DNA of 64,000 nt from Takakia lepidozioides (taxonomy: Eukaryota; Plantae; Bryophyta). This document shows positions 10,801 to 22,280 of this stretch, piece after piece; the stretch's first letter is position 1, and every line of letters starts with the position of its first letter. Below the pieces are notes generated by a model, which saw nothing but the letters and a program-made list of their open reading frames with translations, was not told the origin of the DNA and searched no databases. A program made the translations under genes and the position numbers. Where the stretch lies: positions 22,754,001-22,818,000 of the forward strand of contig CM060732.1 of NCBI GenBank assembly GCA_030704615.1, in the 5' to 3' direction.

Positions 10801-12774
10801 CAACACAGAATAGGAGAAAATTATACCTGATGCCACCAAGTCATGACATTGAGCCAGTCGTTCATTTTGTCGTCTGTTGGCTCGATGGGAAAGTGGTACA
10901 GCAGCTTCGTGTTTGTATGGCCGTTCCAGATTCGCAGCCACCTCGTCTGCAGCCACCTCACATCGGTCAGACAAGAACTCCAACATAAGAATTGCGAGAA
11001 GTCACAAAACAAGAATAAACACATGCTTATCTTCTCCGCCGGCTCAACACAGGACACTGCGATGTGATGAAGTTTCTCCATGGACATTTCCGGTTTCATG
11101 GGTCTGGAGTAATGCCAGTCCTATCTCCGCCAGGAACTCGGCACCAAGACCAGGGTCAGCGATTGCAACTTGCTTAACAAGTTTGGACCTGTACTTGGTC
11201 CGGGATTGCTTCCCTGCCTGCACAATATGACTCTCTATCGACGCGTCCGCCTTGTTGGGGGCATCATTCTCAAAGAACTGCCTTTTGGCATAGGCCAAGT
11301 CATCCCTGATGTTCGTCTGCATTCCCATACCCAGCAGATACAGTCAGGCCACGGATCCCTGCAACAAATAACATTAAATTGATACTGAAATTTGAGATGA
11401 ACCTCACCGAATAGAGGATCTCCACCATGGCGTCCAGTGTTGGTCGGTACCAGGTGCGATCTGCTTTCGCTAGGGACTTCATGTACAGCTCGGGATCGAG
11501 GGACTTTTGGAAGTCCGTCAGCGGAGCTGTCCCCACTTCTTCTGCAGAGCGTATGTGCCAGATGAGTTTCCACGAAGGCCCTCTCTGTTACCCTGCCATG
11601 GAGAAAAAAAACAACATGAAAATATGATTTCGGCACAGCAATCCAATTTCCAGTTCATAGAGTGCATGACAGTGGTGAACATTGCCTATTTCGGCGCCGC
11701 AATAGGCAGTACACAAGGATGTAATTGTATACTTACAGATTTATATCCGCCATGGCACCCTTCAACAGTCCTCTGTCCCTGACGTCCACCTTCACGACAA
11801 TGCAGTCCACCATGTAATGCCAACTGATATCTTGCGGATGCATTTCAGCAATGTACTCTGTCCAGGCAAGCATCCTGTGGTTCCCGTCCCAAACGAAGAA
11901 CATCTTCCCTTCCATGTGTGCGAATGTGGGATTAGTCTTCAGATAGGCTTCAAACTCGGCATTAACAGTGTGCCAGTGGGGGCCCCAATTCTGAAGCTCC
12001 TCTGCAGTGGGGCCCCTTGTGACACCCTGGTCATTCTCAATGGAAACGTAGAATGCTGCCGACCCCCGTCTGTACCCTTCTCTGAAGTTGTGCTTCAGTC
12101 GATCGATATCCCCTGGCAGTGCTTGCCTTACAACTGGAAGGCTTACCATGCGACACAAAAGAACTTTGAGGTTCTCCGGATACACCATGGAGCCCAAAAC
12201 GCGGCCTATGTTGCTATGAGTCTCTGCCAGCAACCTGTTTGCTGCTATGTTCATGTCTCGTGCGCTCATGAGCATACCCGCCACCAGTTTCTTACTTGTA
12301 TCACCTCTGTCACTTCCCTCACCCCTCTCACCAGCCTGTGTACTGTCCTGCAGGTTTTGCTCCTCCGCAAGCTCCAGCAGGTTCTGATCGTCGCCAAGTT
12401 GTACCACGTTATCGTCCTCTCCTTCTGTCAGTTGAATGGGCCGCCCTTCTGCAGATCCGACTCCCAGCGGCCTCCACCGCATCTGTGTTTTCTGAAATTG
12501 ACTGCAAACCCAATATCTCCGCTTCCAGTCTCCCTAGGGGTTTTACTGGCGAAGCCATGGGCTCCTTCTGCTTTCTCGGCTTCCGAACTCTAGGTGGGCT
12601 TTTCGGAGGCGATATCTGAGGTGTTGAATGAGGACTCGTCTGCCTCGATGCACTTCCACCTTGTGAGCGCAGCACCCGGGCAGGAGTATCCAAAGTTGAC
12701 TGTGTTGCCTCGCCCCCCTGCGATCCCTCCCCAGCTCCCATGTCAAACAAACAGGAAAACATGAGACACTGCAC
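7842..12774 (-). CDS. Multi-exon cargo gene: ParB/Srx-like domain, helical region, K-rich linker, divergent beta-class amino-DNA-methyltransferase fold, acidic tail (a few frameshifts)
   Basis: FFVWDGNHRMLAW (~11875-11900); IDMILVDIPDG (~9415-9445); spliced RTRSPAFIQTLMETCTYVEGRVLDVTANTG|ACMWAGRMSNRFVFSFEGD across GT-AG intron 8692-8812. Exons are conserved in elements B and C. Confidence 0.8.
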
Positions 12775-13249
12775 GCCAAAAAAAAGGTGTAAAAGGAATA
12801 TTGCGTATGGAGTGCTTCACATCCGCGAAGCACGAATCTCTCACTGGTGGGCGATCCGAGTCTCCGGATAACGAGGTCTGCATTTCATGTATGAGACGGA
12901 GCTTAAGTCGTGTCGTCGGCGGCTTCCCAAAATCCCGCGTCCTCCTCTTTGCCGGAGTCGCCTGACCTTCCACAAACTCTATGCTACCACTATGCCGCAT
13001 AAGGAGAGGAAACGCAGGAGAACGTCCCTGCAGAAGGGCAAGGAGCGAGAGAGTGAAGCGGTGGAACATGCAACCACTATGCACGAGCAGATGCGTAAGC
13101 AGCCACGTCTCCCGAAGCGTTGCCACCGTCCAACACTTTTTGCCGTATGGGTGATGAAGAGATTGTGACCCCTGACATGTTCGCACGGATGAAGTCGACT
13201 GGAACATGACGCGTGCCAGTTCCAGCCACCAGTACAAGACGGTTTATCC

Positions 13250-14750
13250 GAATTGCGGCACCGAAATACCTTCCGTACACCGGATGCTGTTCCCGGAGCA
13301 GCCGGCATTGAATAAAATATCCGCACATCATGAAACCCAACCGCCAAGAAAATCCCCTGCCTATGACATTCAACAGTCAGATCGGTACGTTTCAACAGCG
13401 GACGGATGAATTTCGGCGCCGAAATTCATCCTATTCAAGTGCTTTCATACGCAAACTTACGAATTTCGGCGCCGCAATTCATCGCTTCCGAAGTCCTCAT
13501 CCGTCATGAGCAAACCTGTCAGTGGGATATCGGAGCCGGAATTAATTCCGGGACAGTGAAAACGGTTGCACTTGGGCACATTTCATCCATATTTCGGCGC
13601 CGAAATTCATTACGAATATCTCCGTCCGCGCGTAGACGAGGTGAAATCATCATTATTTCGGCGCCGAAATTCATCCAGAGCGAAGACTAAATTGGCACCA
13701 TGCTACGCTTTGCCGCCATCATTGCCCCTGACGGATGCTGTCCATGCCTGTTGGACTTGCCATTTGTGGACAGTTAACTATAATTTCGGCGCCGAAATTA
13801 TACTTTATGTGCGGCAACGTCCCGTGCGAAAAAGACCACTTAATGGATACTGTCGGTTTCAAATGAAAAAAAACAGCTAAAATGCAATTAATTTTGACAG
13901 AAGTGGTTTAATATGCCGATTTCTCCATTAAATGCAGAATATTCCTGTTATATTCGTCGGAACGGGGTATTTCCAACGATTTACGGAAAATTATCATCCA
14001 AAAGCAAAAAGTAAGTGCCGGGTTTGGACGAATTTCGGCGCCGAAATTCATCCGTCGCATAGAAAATGTAATATTAGAGTTACTCATTGCGGACAGTAAG
14101 GATGAATTTCGGCGCCGAAATTGATCCATTTCAAAGAAAAATAAATATTGGAGGGAGGGCATTGGATGAATTTCGGCGCCGAAATCCGGCGCTCAAACCC
14201 TGAAAAGAATTTGGAGGGATGAAGTCGGCTGAATTTCGGCGCCGAAATTCATTGCTCGCGAAGGAAAATAAAAAATTTCGGGAGGAGTTGGAATGAATTT
14301 CGGCGCCGAAATTCAATGCTCGCGAAGAAAAAAATAAAATCGGGAGGATTTCGGTTGAATTTCGGCGCCGAAATCCATTGCTCGCGAAGAAAAAGGAAAA
14401 TTAAAAGGGAGTACTTGGATGAGATTCGGCGCCAAAGTTCATCTGTCGCAAAGAAAAATAAAAACAGAAAGGACTTCCGATGAATTCTGGCACCGAAATC
14501 CATCTGCAGGGCAGCAGAATTAGGGTCGGAAAAGGAGATGAAGAATGAATTTCGGCGCCAAAATACATCCATTCTGCCGATTCAGGATTACTGTCATTCG
14601 GAAGTCGGCACCGATATCACGACACGTGGTCAATCACGACTGTAATCAGGAACACATTCATCCGTATTTTGGCATCTAAATTCAACCCATATGTGCAGAT
14701 ACAATTTAATGAAGAAGAAGTTCATCCGAATTTCGGCACCGAAATCCATC
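13250..14750. repeat. Main palindrome array of element A (GAATTTCGGCGCCGAAATTC, about 18 copies)
   Basis: Cores include 13415, 13468, 13532, 13596, 13660, 13788, 14037, 14111, 14175, 14238, 14302, 14364, 14428, 14489, 14554. Confidence 0.92.
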
Positions 14751-15092
14751 CGCACCTATGCACTCATCATACGTCCACTCGCAACAATTCCAGCGATACA
14801 GCAACGCTGTGCGTGATCTGTTCGGCTCCCACACATGCGGAAAGTCCAGGTCCATGATGCATAGGAACCACCTGCTCCCCAGCCGGGGTCCAGGAGAATC
14901 GTGCAATCCTGCAAGAAACTCCATTGCTCTCAGCTGGACAAGTCGAGGATCGTCCCTGTAAACATCCAGGAAGACAATGATGTCGTCTGCTTTCGGGAAA
15001 ATGACTCCCGTCTGGCATCGATAGATGTGATTCGGGCACGACATGGCCTCACGACACAGCACGAACTCAAAGCAGGGAGGAGATGGGCACAA
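14706..15092 (-). CDS. Small unknown protein, RWNCC family (element A)
   Basis: DIIVF..LRAMEFL..W..IMDLD..RSRTALLYRWNCCEW, homologous to two ORFs in element B. Confidence 0.65.
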   Translation of the reverse strand: MCPSPPCFEFVLCREAMSCPNHIYRCQTGVIFPKADDIIVFLDVYRDDPRLVQLRAMEFLAGLHDSPGPRLGSRWFLCIMDLDFPHVWEPNRSRTALLYRWNCCEWTYDECIGADGFRCRNSDELLLH

Positions 15093-15164
15093 CAGAGAAG
15101 AGTGAAGAGCAAAATGAGAGCAAGGCCTCCCTCACCGTAAGGCGGGTATTTGCTCTCCGACGCC

Positions 15165-15635
15165 CAATTTCGGCGCCGTTATTACATGGAGTGCGGAAGC
15201 TTCAGCCGAGAATTTTGTTTCCGCAGGTCAATTTCGGCGCCGTTATTGGTTGCAATCCCCAGCCTTCAGCCGGGTATTTGGTTTCCGGACCCAATTTCGG
15301 CGCCGTTATCGGCTGCACTCCGGTGGCTTCAGCCGAGTATTTGGTTTCCGGGGCCCATTTCGGCGCCGTTATCGCCTGCACTCCGGAGGATGCAGCCGGG
15401 TATTTGGTTGGCGGAGCCCAATTACTTTCACCGTTGTTGGCTTCACTCCCGAGCCTTCAGCCGGCTATTTCTTTTCCTGTGCCCAATTACGGCGCCGTTA
15501 TACCCAACCATCCTGCACTTCTGCAATAGTACTATCCACGGTTATAGGTCGCCATTGCGTTTTCGGAGTCTGCAAACCCGGATCCTAATTCCGCTTGCGT
15601 CTCTGCCTCTGGGATAATTTCGGTGCCGTTATTGC
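15165..15635. repeat. ~63-64 bp tandem repeat carrying AATTTCGGCGCCGTTAT (element A right subterminal)
   Basis: Cores at 15172, 15236, 15299, 15362, 15491, 15622. Confidence 0.88.
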
Positions 15636-15902
15636 CCAGAATTCAGTTATTCTATGACCTGGCCTGGCGGTCCATGAGCCTGGGCTCCAAGTCATGAGCG
15701 TACACTGGTACTCATGAGCGGAGTGCTTCCAGCATGAGCGCGGAAATCTTCGATTTTTGATTATTTTATAGTTTTTGGCCCGAAAAAAATCTGCCGAAAT
15801 TCGAAGTGTGTTACTTTGCGGCTCATGGGTTAGCCATGCCCGCTCATGAGCTCATGAGCTCACCGCTCATGAGCTCATGGAATAGCAACCCCCGGGTAGC
15901 TT

Positions 15903-18702
15903 CCTGCTCCTCATCCAGTCCTCCTTTCCACTCATACTCTCTGACTCCTCGAGGTCTTCTTGTAGCAGGTAATCTACTAGATTTCTTTGTGGTAATTTGT
16001 ATCTCGTGTATCCCATTATGCACGGTTAGTAACTGAGAATTCTAGTCATGGAATACCCTGGCCTGTTTCAGCCACGGACGTCCCAATAATAAGGAGTAAG
16101 CCTCCATGACTTCATCCATTTTCAACACAGTTACTGTGATCATAAAGATCATCTTCTGTATCTGTATCTTAACTCCTCTTATTAATCCCAATGGTTGTAC
16201 ACTTCTTTGATCTGCCATTGTTACTGTAAATGGGGCTGGTTTCATGTTACTTAGACCAAGCTTCTTCCTTAACTGGTCTGTCATGATATTTACTCCAGAA
16301 CCTCCATCTATCAGTACATCAGTTAGTTCTGTGCTCCCAATTCTCAATTGGATTACTGGCATAGAATCATCAAAGTCCATGACTGTTTCTCGCCCTTCCG
16401 GCTTCACATTATAACTGGTCACCTTGCTGTTCAGGTCTGTATTTCCTGTCTCCTGGGCAATTCAATTGATTGCTTGATACAGCCTGTGCCTACAATAAGG
16501 TGCCACAGCTAATAGCTGTCCAATGGTAATTTCTGCTTTGGTCTGGCATATTACTTCAGCCAAAGTCTCTTCATTACTTTGCATGTCTGCATCTTCTTTC
16601 TTCCTTTCTTTCCCACTCCCTTCTTCTTCTCCATCAGAATCCGAGGAATCTGCCACAGGAATATCAGTACTCTTCTGCATTTCCCTTATAGTATCTGCCA
16701 CTTCCTTGTGCAGTTCCTTCTCATCTTTCCAAGTCTCTTCATCTTCAGGCATATCATTGCCACCTTCATTATCATCTTCTTCCTCTACTACTGGAGGTAT
16801 TAGTTTGGCTTTACTTCTTGTTATTATCATTGTACTTACTTCTGGTACAACACATGGCCTAACCATGTGAGCTGCCACCACTGGGCCCTCATTCACAGGA
16901 GCTCTCATCTCATTCTGGTGTCTTATCCAGAATGAACAGGCTGCCCTGCAATGTCCTGGCTGATTACAATAGTAACATAGTTATTCACCATTGGGTCCTT
17001 GCCCTTGGTCTGTTCTTGGATTATTTCTATAATCCTGATTCCCGGGCTGGTAATTCCCCCTTGGATTACCCTGATAGTTGCCTCTGGAATTTCCTTGGTA
17101 ATTCCCTCTTGAATTACCTCTCCCTTCCATACCATTGTTATAACCACCAGACCTACCATAATGGTCCCGATCATTGTTTCTTCTTGGCTGGGGCTGCACC
17201 TGATGCATCCTTACTTGCCTAGGTTCTCTTGCAGCTGTCCTTCTGTTGTAGTAACAATTCTCAGTAGAATGGTTATCCATTTTACAGATAGTACAGTGTT
17301 TCTCCTTCAGGTGGCATTCTGTGGTGGTATGGCCTTCATTCTGGCACTTTGCACACCATACACCCTTCCTCCAATGTGTTGCAGCCTCTGTGGCATACTT
17401 CTTCAAGATTTCTTCCAATCTTTTTTCATAATTATCCCTCTTCAACTTCTCATTTCTCTTACTCTTTCTTTTTAGTTCTTGCTCTTCTTCTTCATCTGAC
17501 TCATCCTCAGAGTCCTCATCATCCTTTTTCTCTCTCCTGAGCATTCCCAATTGCTCAATTCTGTTTGCAGTTTCAAATGCCTCCTCCACTATATTATGGG
17601 GTAACATATCCACTCTCTTTTGCAACTCTGGTCTTAGTCCACTCACAAACCAAGTCTTCTGTAAACCGGGTGCTGGTACTGCAGCCAGCTTTTTCATCGT
17701 CAATTCCATCTTTTCCATATACTCCTCAACAGTTTCATGCTTCTTTTGCTTTAACTGTTGTAAACTTCCATACACTTCATCTTCAGTTTTACTTGTCCTG
17801 AACCTATTTCGAAATGTTGTATTCAAGCCATTCCAGGTTAGGAAATGATTATCAGGAAATCTTGCATACCATTCACTTGCTTTCTTGATAAGTGAACAAG
17901 GAAACAATCTCATCTTGGCATCATCGCCATTCTCATTGTTCACTATACACATGTGCTCAAATTGGCTAATGTATACATCGGGATCCCCTTTTCCTGAATA
18001 TATTGGAAAGGGTGGTTTTGCCCGTGTTGGTTGTAACGCCATCTGTGGCCCTACCTTCTGCCCACTGACAGGTGCTGGCACCCTTGCTGGTGCTGGTCCT
18101 TCTCGACCTGTTGTTTTTGTGGTGGATCTTCCACCAAGTGGTGGCCCTTGAGCACTCCCTGCTTCCGGCCCCACGATATTCACGGTATTCCTAGCTTCAG
18201 TTGCACTACTTCCCACACTCCCTGTCCCCCCAGAGCCAGATCCAGGCAGCCCGCCTGATCCCCCTGAGCCGACACCTTCATTGGCCTGTGATCCAAGTGC
18301 TCCACTTGATCCAGGTCCAACGGGTTGGGATGTCCTGGTTGTAGTCTCAACCTCAGCTGTTGGGTCTACTTCTTCATATCCTTCCTCTTCCAATTTCTTC
18401 TCTCTGTTTTCATCCTCCAAGTTCTGCCCTTGGGTTTCTTCTTCACTCATGTAACTCAACTGTAATAGTGTTGGAGAGTCTGAACTCTCCGTTGGCTCTG
18501 CCACATCCTCTTCTCCTTCTTCACCTTCTGCTTCAGAAACTGGAGTTCCTGCTTTTGGTGTTCCATGCCAACTCTTATCAAAGATTTCTGTCAAATCTTT
18601 TATCCAGGGATGTACCTCAGATCTTTCACCTCGTGATTGATTTTCTTCCTGTACCAATTCCCTTAATCTTTCTTGCAAAGAAACAGAAGGAGTGGCATCC
18701 AA
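15903..18702 (-). pseudogene. gag-pol: Gypsy family-1 gag-protease with nonsense codons
   Basis: Gag (YSGKGDPDVY, QKKHETVEEY), CCHC knuckles, protease VLIDGGSGVN, LLGRPWL; stops at 16981 and 16042. Confidence 0.92.
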
Positions 18703-18894
18703 CTCTAGTTCTTCCGGTATGGGTGATGTACTCTTTGATCTTAATGGTGTGAGAGGTCCAGATGATTCCCCTATGTCTATTCCTCTCTCCCAAAGATATG
18801 GATAATTAGCTTTCAGATAGCTTTATCTTTTTGCTGAATATCTCTGGCGTCTAGCTTCTCTTTCATCACTCATGTCCCATGTCTTTCATTTCTT

Positions 18895-19590
18895 TTAATG
18901 TGGCAATAACCAAAACTCTCTTCTGTAATATCTCTCGTATATGCCTGGGTTTCTTTCAAGCTTCAATGCACCCTTGGCTATACTTGAAGTCTCCGTTACC
19001 ATATAACCATATGGCAAACAAGTCTGAAAAGCTGTTCTTGGTGTGAGTTTGATCCACAAAATATCCTTTGGAATCCAATTCTTTACCAGTACAAGCTCTT
19101 CATGCATATGAGTATAAACATTCACCTTTCTTTCTTCCCAGCCTTCAAACTCTACTCGCTTAATGGATAGCAATGCTATCACATAAACCAACGTGGGTAA
19201 CCAACGTGCTCTTCCTCTACAGGCTACCTGATAAATCTTTATCACTCCTTTCTCCAGACCCCATTCCGGATCAGCATCATGCACTCGCTTAAGAATATTT
19301 TCTTTACAACCGTCTGGCAATTCCAAGAACCTTTGAAAGAATTGTTTGGACAATCTTTCTTCCTTCGTTCCACAGGGAATTTGATTCACTTCAAATTCTT
19401 TAATGGTCCAACCACCATGATCCCACCAGATGCCTATCACATCTGGTTGTTCATGACTCAGTTCCCCAGTATGGTCGCCAAATGTCGCGCGGCTTTTACT
19501 CACCCATCCCTTCGCTATCCGAGGCGGAAACTCCAAGATAGAAGAGTTGGAAATCTCTAAGGACTCAGCCCGCGCAGAACAATCAGTCAT
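18895..19590 (-). CDS. Extra ORF upstream of gag in Gypsy family 1 (231 aa, unknown function)
   Basis: Open at 18895-19590 and in the duplicate 29560-30255; degenerate homolog at 3833-4560 (+). Confidence 0.5.
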   Translation of the reverse strand: MTDCSARAESLEISNSSILEFPPRIAKGWVSKSRATFGDHTGELSHEQPDVIGIWWDHGGWTIKEFEVNQIPCGTKEERLSKQFFQRFLELPDGCKENILKRVHDADPEWGLEKGVIKIYQVACRGRARWLPTLVYVIALLSIKRVEFEGWEERKVNVYTHMHEELVLVKNWIPKDILWIKLTPRTAFQTCLPYGYMVTETSSIAKGALKLERNPGIYERYYRREFWLLPH

Positions 19591-19802
19591 GACCTACAGC
19601 TAGTGTATCATGGGGGTGTTTCCTATTTGTTTCCCTTTTGGCATTCATGTTAGCTACCTTACCATTGATAATTAAGTATCAGTTTCCTTCATCAATCTAT
19701 TGGATTCCATCAACTCATCCATTCATTCCACAGCTTCACTCAGTTCTCTCTACACAGTGTGATTGTATCGTATAAGTATTAGATTATGATTTATCAGGTA
19801 TC

Positions 19803-20195
19803 TCCGATGGAGTCCACCCACGCCCAGTGGGCAGCAGTTCCACCGCAACAGCATAGCAGTGCGCCTTCTTCTGCATGGGTGACCGTCGTAGCTGGGAAAA
19901 TCGGAATCGAGGATGCGCATGAGCCACGGACTCCTCAGACCAAGATCGTCACCCCGCTCGAAGGCGTAGTGGCCTAGGATATACTCAAAAGCCACCAATG
20001 TTTCCACAATCGAACCAGTATCTTCTCTGTAATCTGTGTACCAGATAACAATGTCTCCCGATGTGGCCGAATACATTGCATAATCGATGCCTCCAAATGG
20101 GCAGTCGTCCCGGTTCCGGAAGCACGGCATCCTTGCAAAGGAGGACCTGAGGATGACTTGGATGCAGATGACAATGACCTTGCGGACAGCTACGA
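19803..20195 (-). CDS. RWNCC-family small protein, paralog 1 (3' end truncated; duplicate at ~30468-30860)
   Basis: MPCFRNRDDCPFGGIDYAMY..GDIVIW..RRRTAMLLRWNCC. Confidence 0.6.
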
Positions 20196-20686
20196 AGCCC
20201 TTAGATTTTGGAAATGATGCGAAGCGGAAGAGCAGTCCGGCCTCCAATAATGGAGCATCTGGGTCCCACGTACCCACCGACGGAGGTGGAACGTGTTCAT
20301 CACGCCGGCGGTGGATGAACCCATACATCTTTCTCATCAACAAGTTATAGTTTGAGATCTGCCACCGAAGTCCATCCCCCCGGATGGAAATTCGGCGCCG
20401 CATTTACATCGAAGAGGGGATGGACTTCGTCGTGTCCAGTGGCTATCGGCCCACCTGGCAGTGAGTGCCCATAGTTTGCATGGCAGGGTAGGAAACTGAA
20501 ACGGCTACATTCATGAAGCAGCCAATCTTCATCGGTCCAGGATCCTGTAGGGGGGAAATTTAAATGTGCCCTGGAGTGTTTGTGAGGAATTGCAGCGTTA
20601 GCTTGAACTTTTTCCAGCCACCGCGCTGCTCCTCCTCCATCCGGGAGCTGCTGTCATTGAGCGTACTCCGCTACTCTTTTTCAAGG

Positions 20687-21127
20687 ATGCCGTGCCGCCG
20701 AAATCCAGCCGACTGCCCTTATCATGGCCACGATTATGCTATGTTCAAACCAGAATCAGGAGACATCATTGTCTGGCTCTCTGTTTTCACAGACTCTGCT
20801 GGAATCAAGCAAGAGTCTTTGCGCGCAATGGAGTATCTGGAGGGCTATTACCGCTTTGAGCGAGGTGAGGGCGAGGGTCAATGCGGTCCGTGGGTCCTGA
20901 AAATTGTTGACCTCGATATACCAAGCTGGAAAGGGATGCCGGACAGATCACGCACGGCCTCGCTTTGGCGCTGGAACTGCTGCCAGTGGACCAGGGAGGA
21001 CGGCACCGGGGGAAAACTATATACGTGCAGATCACTCCGCTCTTCCAGTGTATGGAGACATTCGGCTGAGTTGCGAAGACGAATCGCACGGGCACATGAG
21101 GCCCACAGTGACCTTGTCAATGTATGA
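20687..21127 (+). CDS. RWNCC-family small protein, paralog 2 (duplicate at ~31350-31790)
   Basis: MPCRRNPADCPYHGHDYAMF..GDIIVW..LRAMEYL..RSRTASLWRWNCCQW. Confidence 0.65.
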   Translation: MPCRRNPADCPYHGHDYAMFKPESGDIIVWLSVFTDSAGIKQESLRAMEYLEGYYRFERGEGEGQCGPWVLKIVDLDIPSWKGMPDRSRTASLWRWNCCQWTREDGTGGKLYTCRSLRSSSVWRHSAELRRRIARAHEAHSDLVNV

Positions 21128-21519
21128 TGGTGGTATCATTGATGAACATGACATTGTCGTCGGCTCCAGCAAGGGCAGCAGAACGACCGAATTGCAGTTT
21201 ACCTCGAGGTGCCGCAGCAGTGATGAGCTTGTTTTGAGGGGTATCGAAGTTCCGTCGACTTGGTGAAGCCCATGTAGAAGGAGGAAGGGCTTAGTTTTGT
21301 CTGCAGTTGGTAAATGTGAGACATCGTGTCCGATCAATAAACCCATCGTACCTCACTTCTGTATGATTGTGTTTCATTCTGTTGAATAACTGTCGGAATT
21401 GGCCCACTGTTTACAATTTGATGTCTCATTTCTACAATGTGTCTGTCCGGATGAATATAGCAGAGTAACCGGTATGTGAGTCATGTGTCAAGAATATACC
21501 AGAGTAACGCCATGTCGGA

Positions 21520-22280
21520 CATTGAAATGCGGCATCGAAATGCGGTGCCGCATTTCCATGTCGGGCATCGAAATGCGCCGAATTTCCACCGCATTTCCAT
21601 GTGGGACAATGAAATGCGGTGCATCATTTCCGTCCAGGTACACGAAATACCAACACGGGTCTATAAATTGGACAGACAACGAGGTTGGCATTGCAAATGC
21701 GGCGATGCATTTCCAGCTTGGCAATGGAAACTTCTTTTTGGACAAGGGAATGCGGTGCCGCATTTCCGTCCAACACTTCGAAAAGTGTGACATTTCCGAC
21801 CAGCGCGATGGAATGCGTTACCGCATTTCCGTGAGAGGGTCTGCAAATGGACAAATTGCGATGTCCGTTCTGGAAATGCGGCGCCGCATTTCCATGTCCG
21901 TCAACGATTTTTTTTTACAATGGAATGCGGTGCCAATTTTTGCTGATGGGCCTGCAGTTCGAACAACGACCATCCCCAATATGGAAATGCGGCACCGCAT
22001 TTCCAATTCCGCCATCTCGACCTCCTTGTTCGACCTCCTTGTTCGACCTCTGTAAGCGTGGTGGCATCCATGCAATGAGCGGGAGAGGCCAAAACTGGCG
22101 TGTGGACAAAGGAAATTTTGGAAATGCGGCACCGCATTTCCAATCGGCCGATTACTTTTTACTATGCCAACATTGAAATGGAAAATTTAGTCCCTCCCCT
22201 GTTTTGGAAATGCGGTGCCGCATTTCCAAAAGAGGTTCTTAGAGTTGCCAAAATTTTGGAAATGCGGTGCCCCATTTCTG
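21520..22280. repeat. Element B palindrome array GGAAATGCGGYRCCGCATTTCC (duplicate at 32185-33000)
   Basis: Cores include 21544, 21701, 21754, 21817, 21880, 21929, 21991, 22128, 22214, 22266. Confidence 0.9.

Larger units (their letters stand above)
7152..15893. mobile_element. Mutator-like element A (non-autonomous; carries the ParB-methyltransferase-like gene and an RWNCC gene)
   Basis: 9-bp TSD GGGTAGCTT at 7143-7151 and 15894-15902 splits Gypsy pol. Imperfect TIRs GAGGTTTACTATTTCATGAGC / GGGGGTTGCTATTCCATGAGC are followed by CATGAGC repeats. Confidence 0.95.

Noticed and set aside
7842-12774. Bacterial or phage contamination as the source of the ParB/methylase motifs
   Set aside because: The gene has conserved GT-AG introns and lies within TIR/TSD-bounded elements nested in plant-type retrotransposons.
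13400-14600. CRISPR-like pattern of palindromic repeats with constant-length, partly unique spacers
   Set aside because: No cas genes, eukaryotic transposon context, degenerate repeats that are also dispersed in introns, and spacers at 14100-14560 related to each other.
16042-16044. TAG between protease and RT as a programmed read-through site
   Set aside because: Copy 3 has TGG at the same position (RVFHDWNSQ), so it is a nonsense mutation shared by the duplicated copies.
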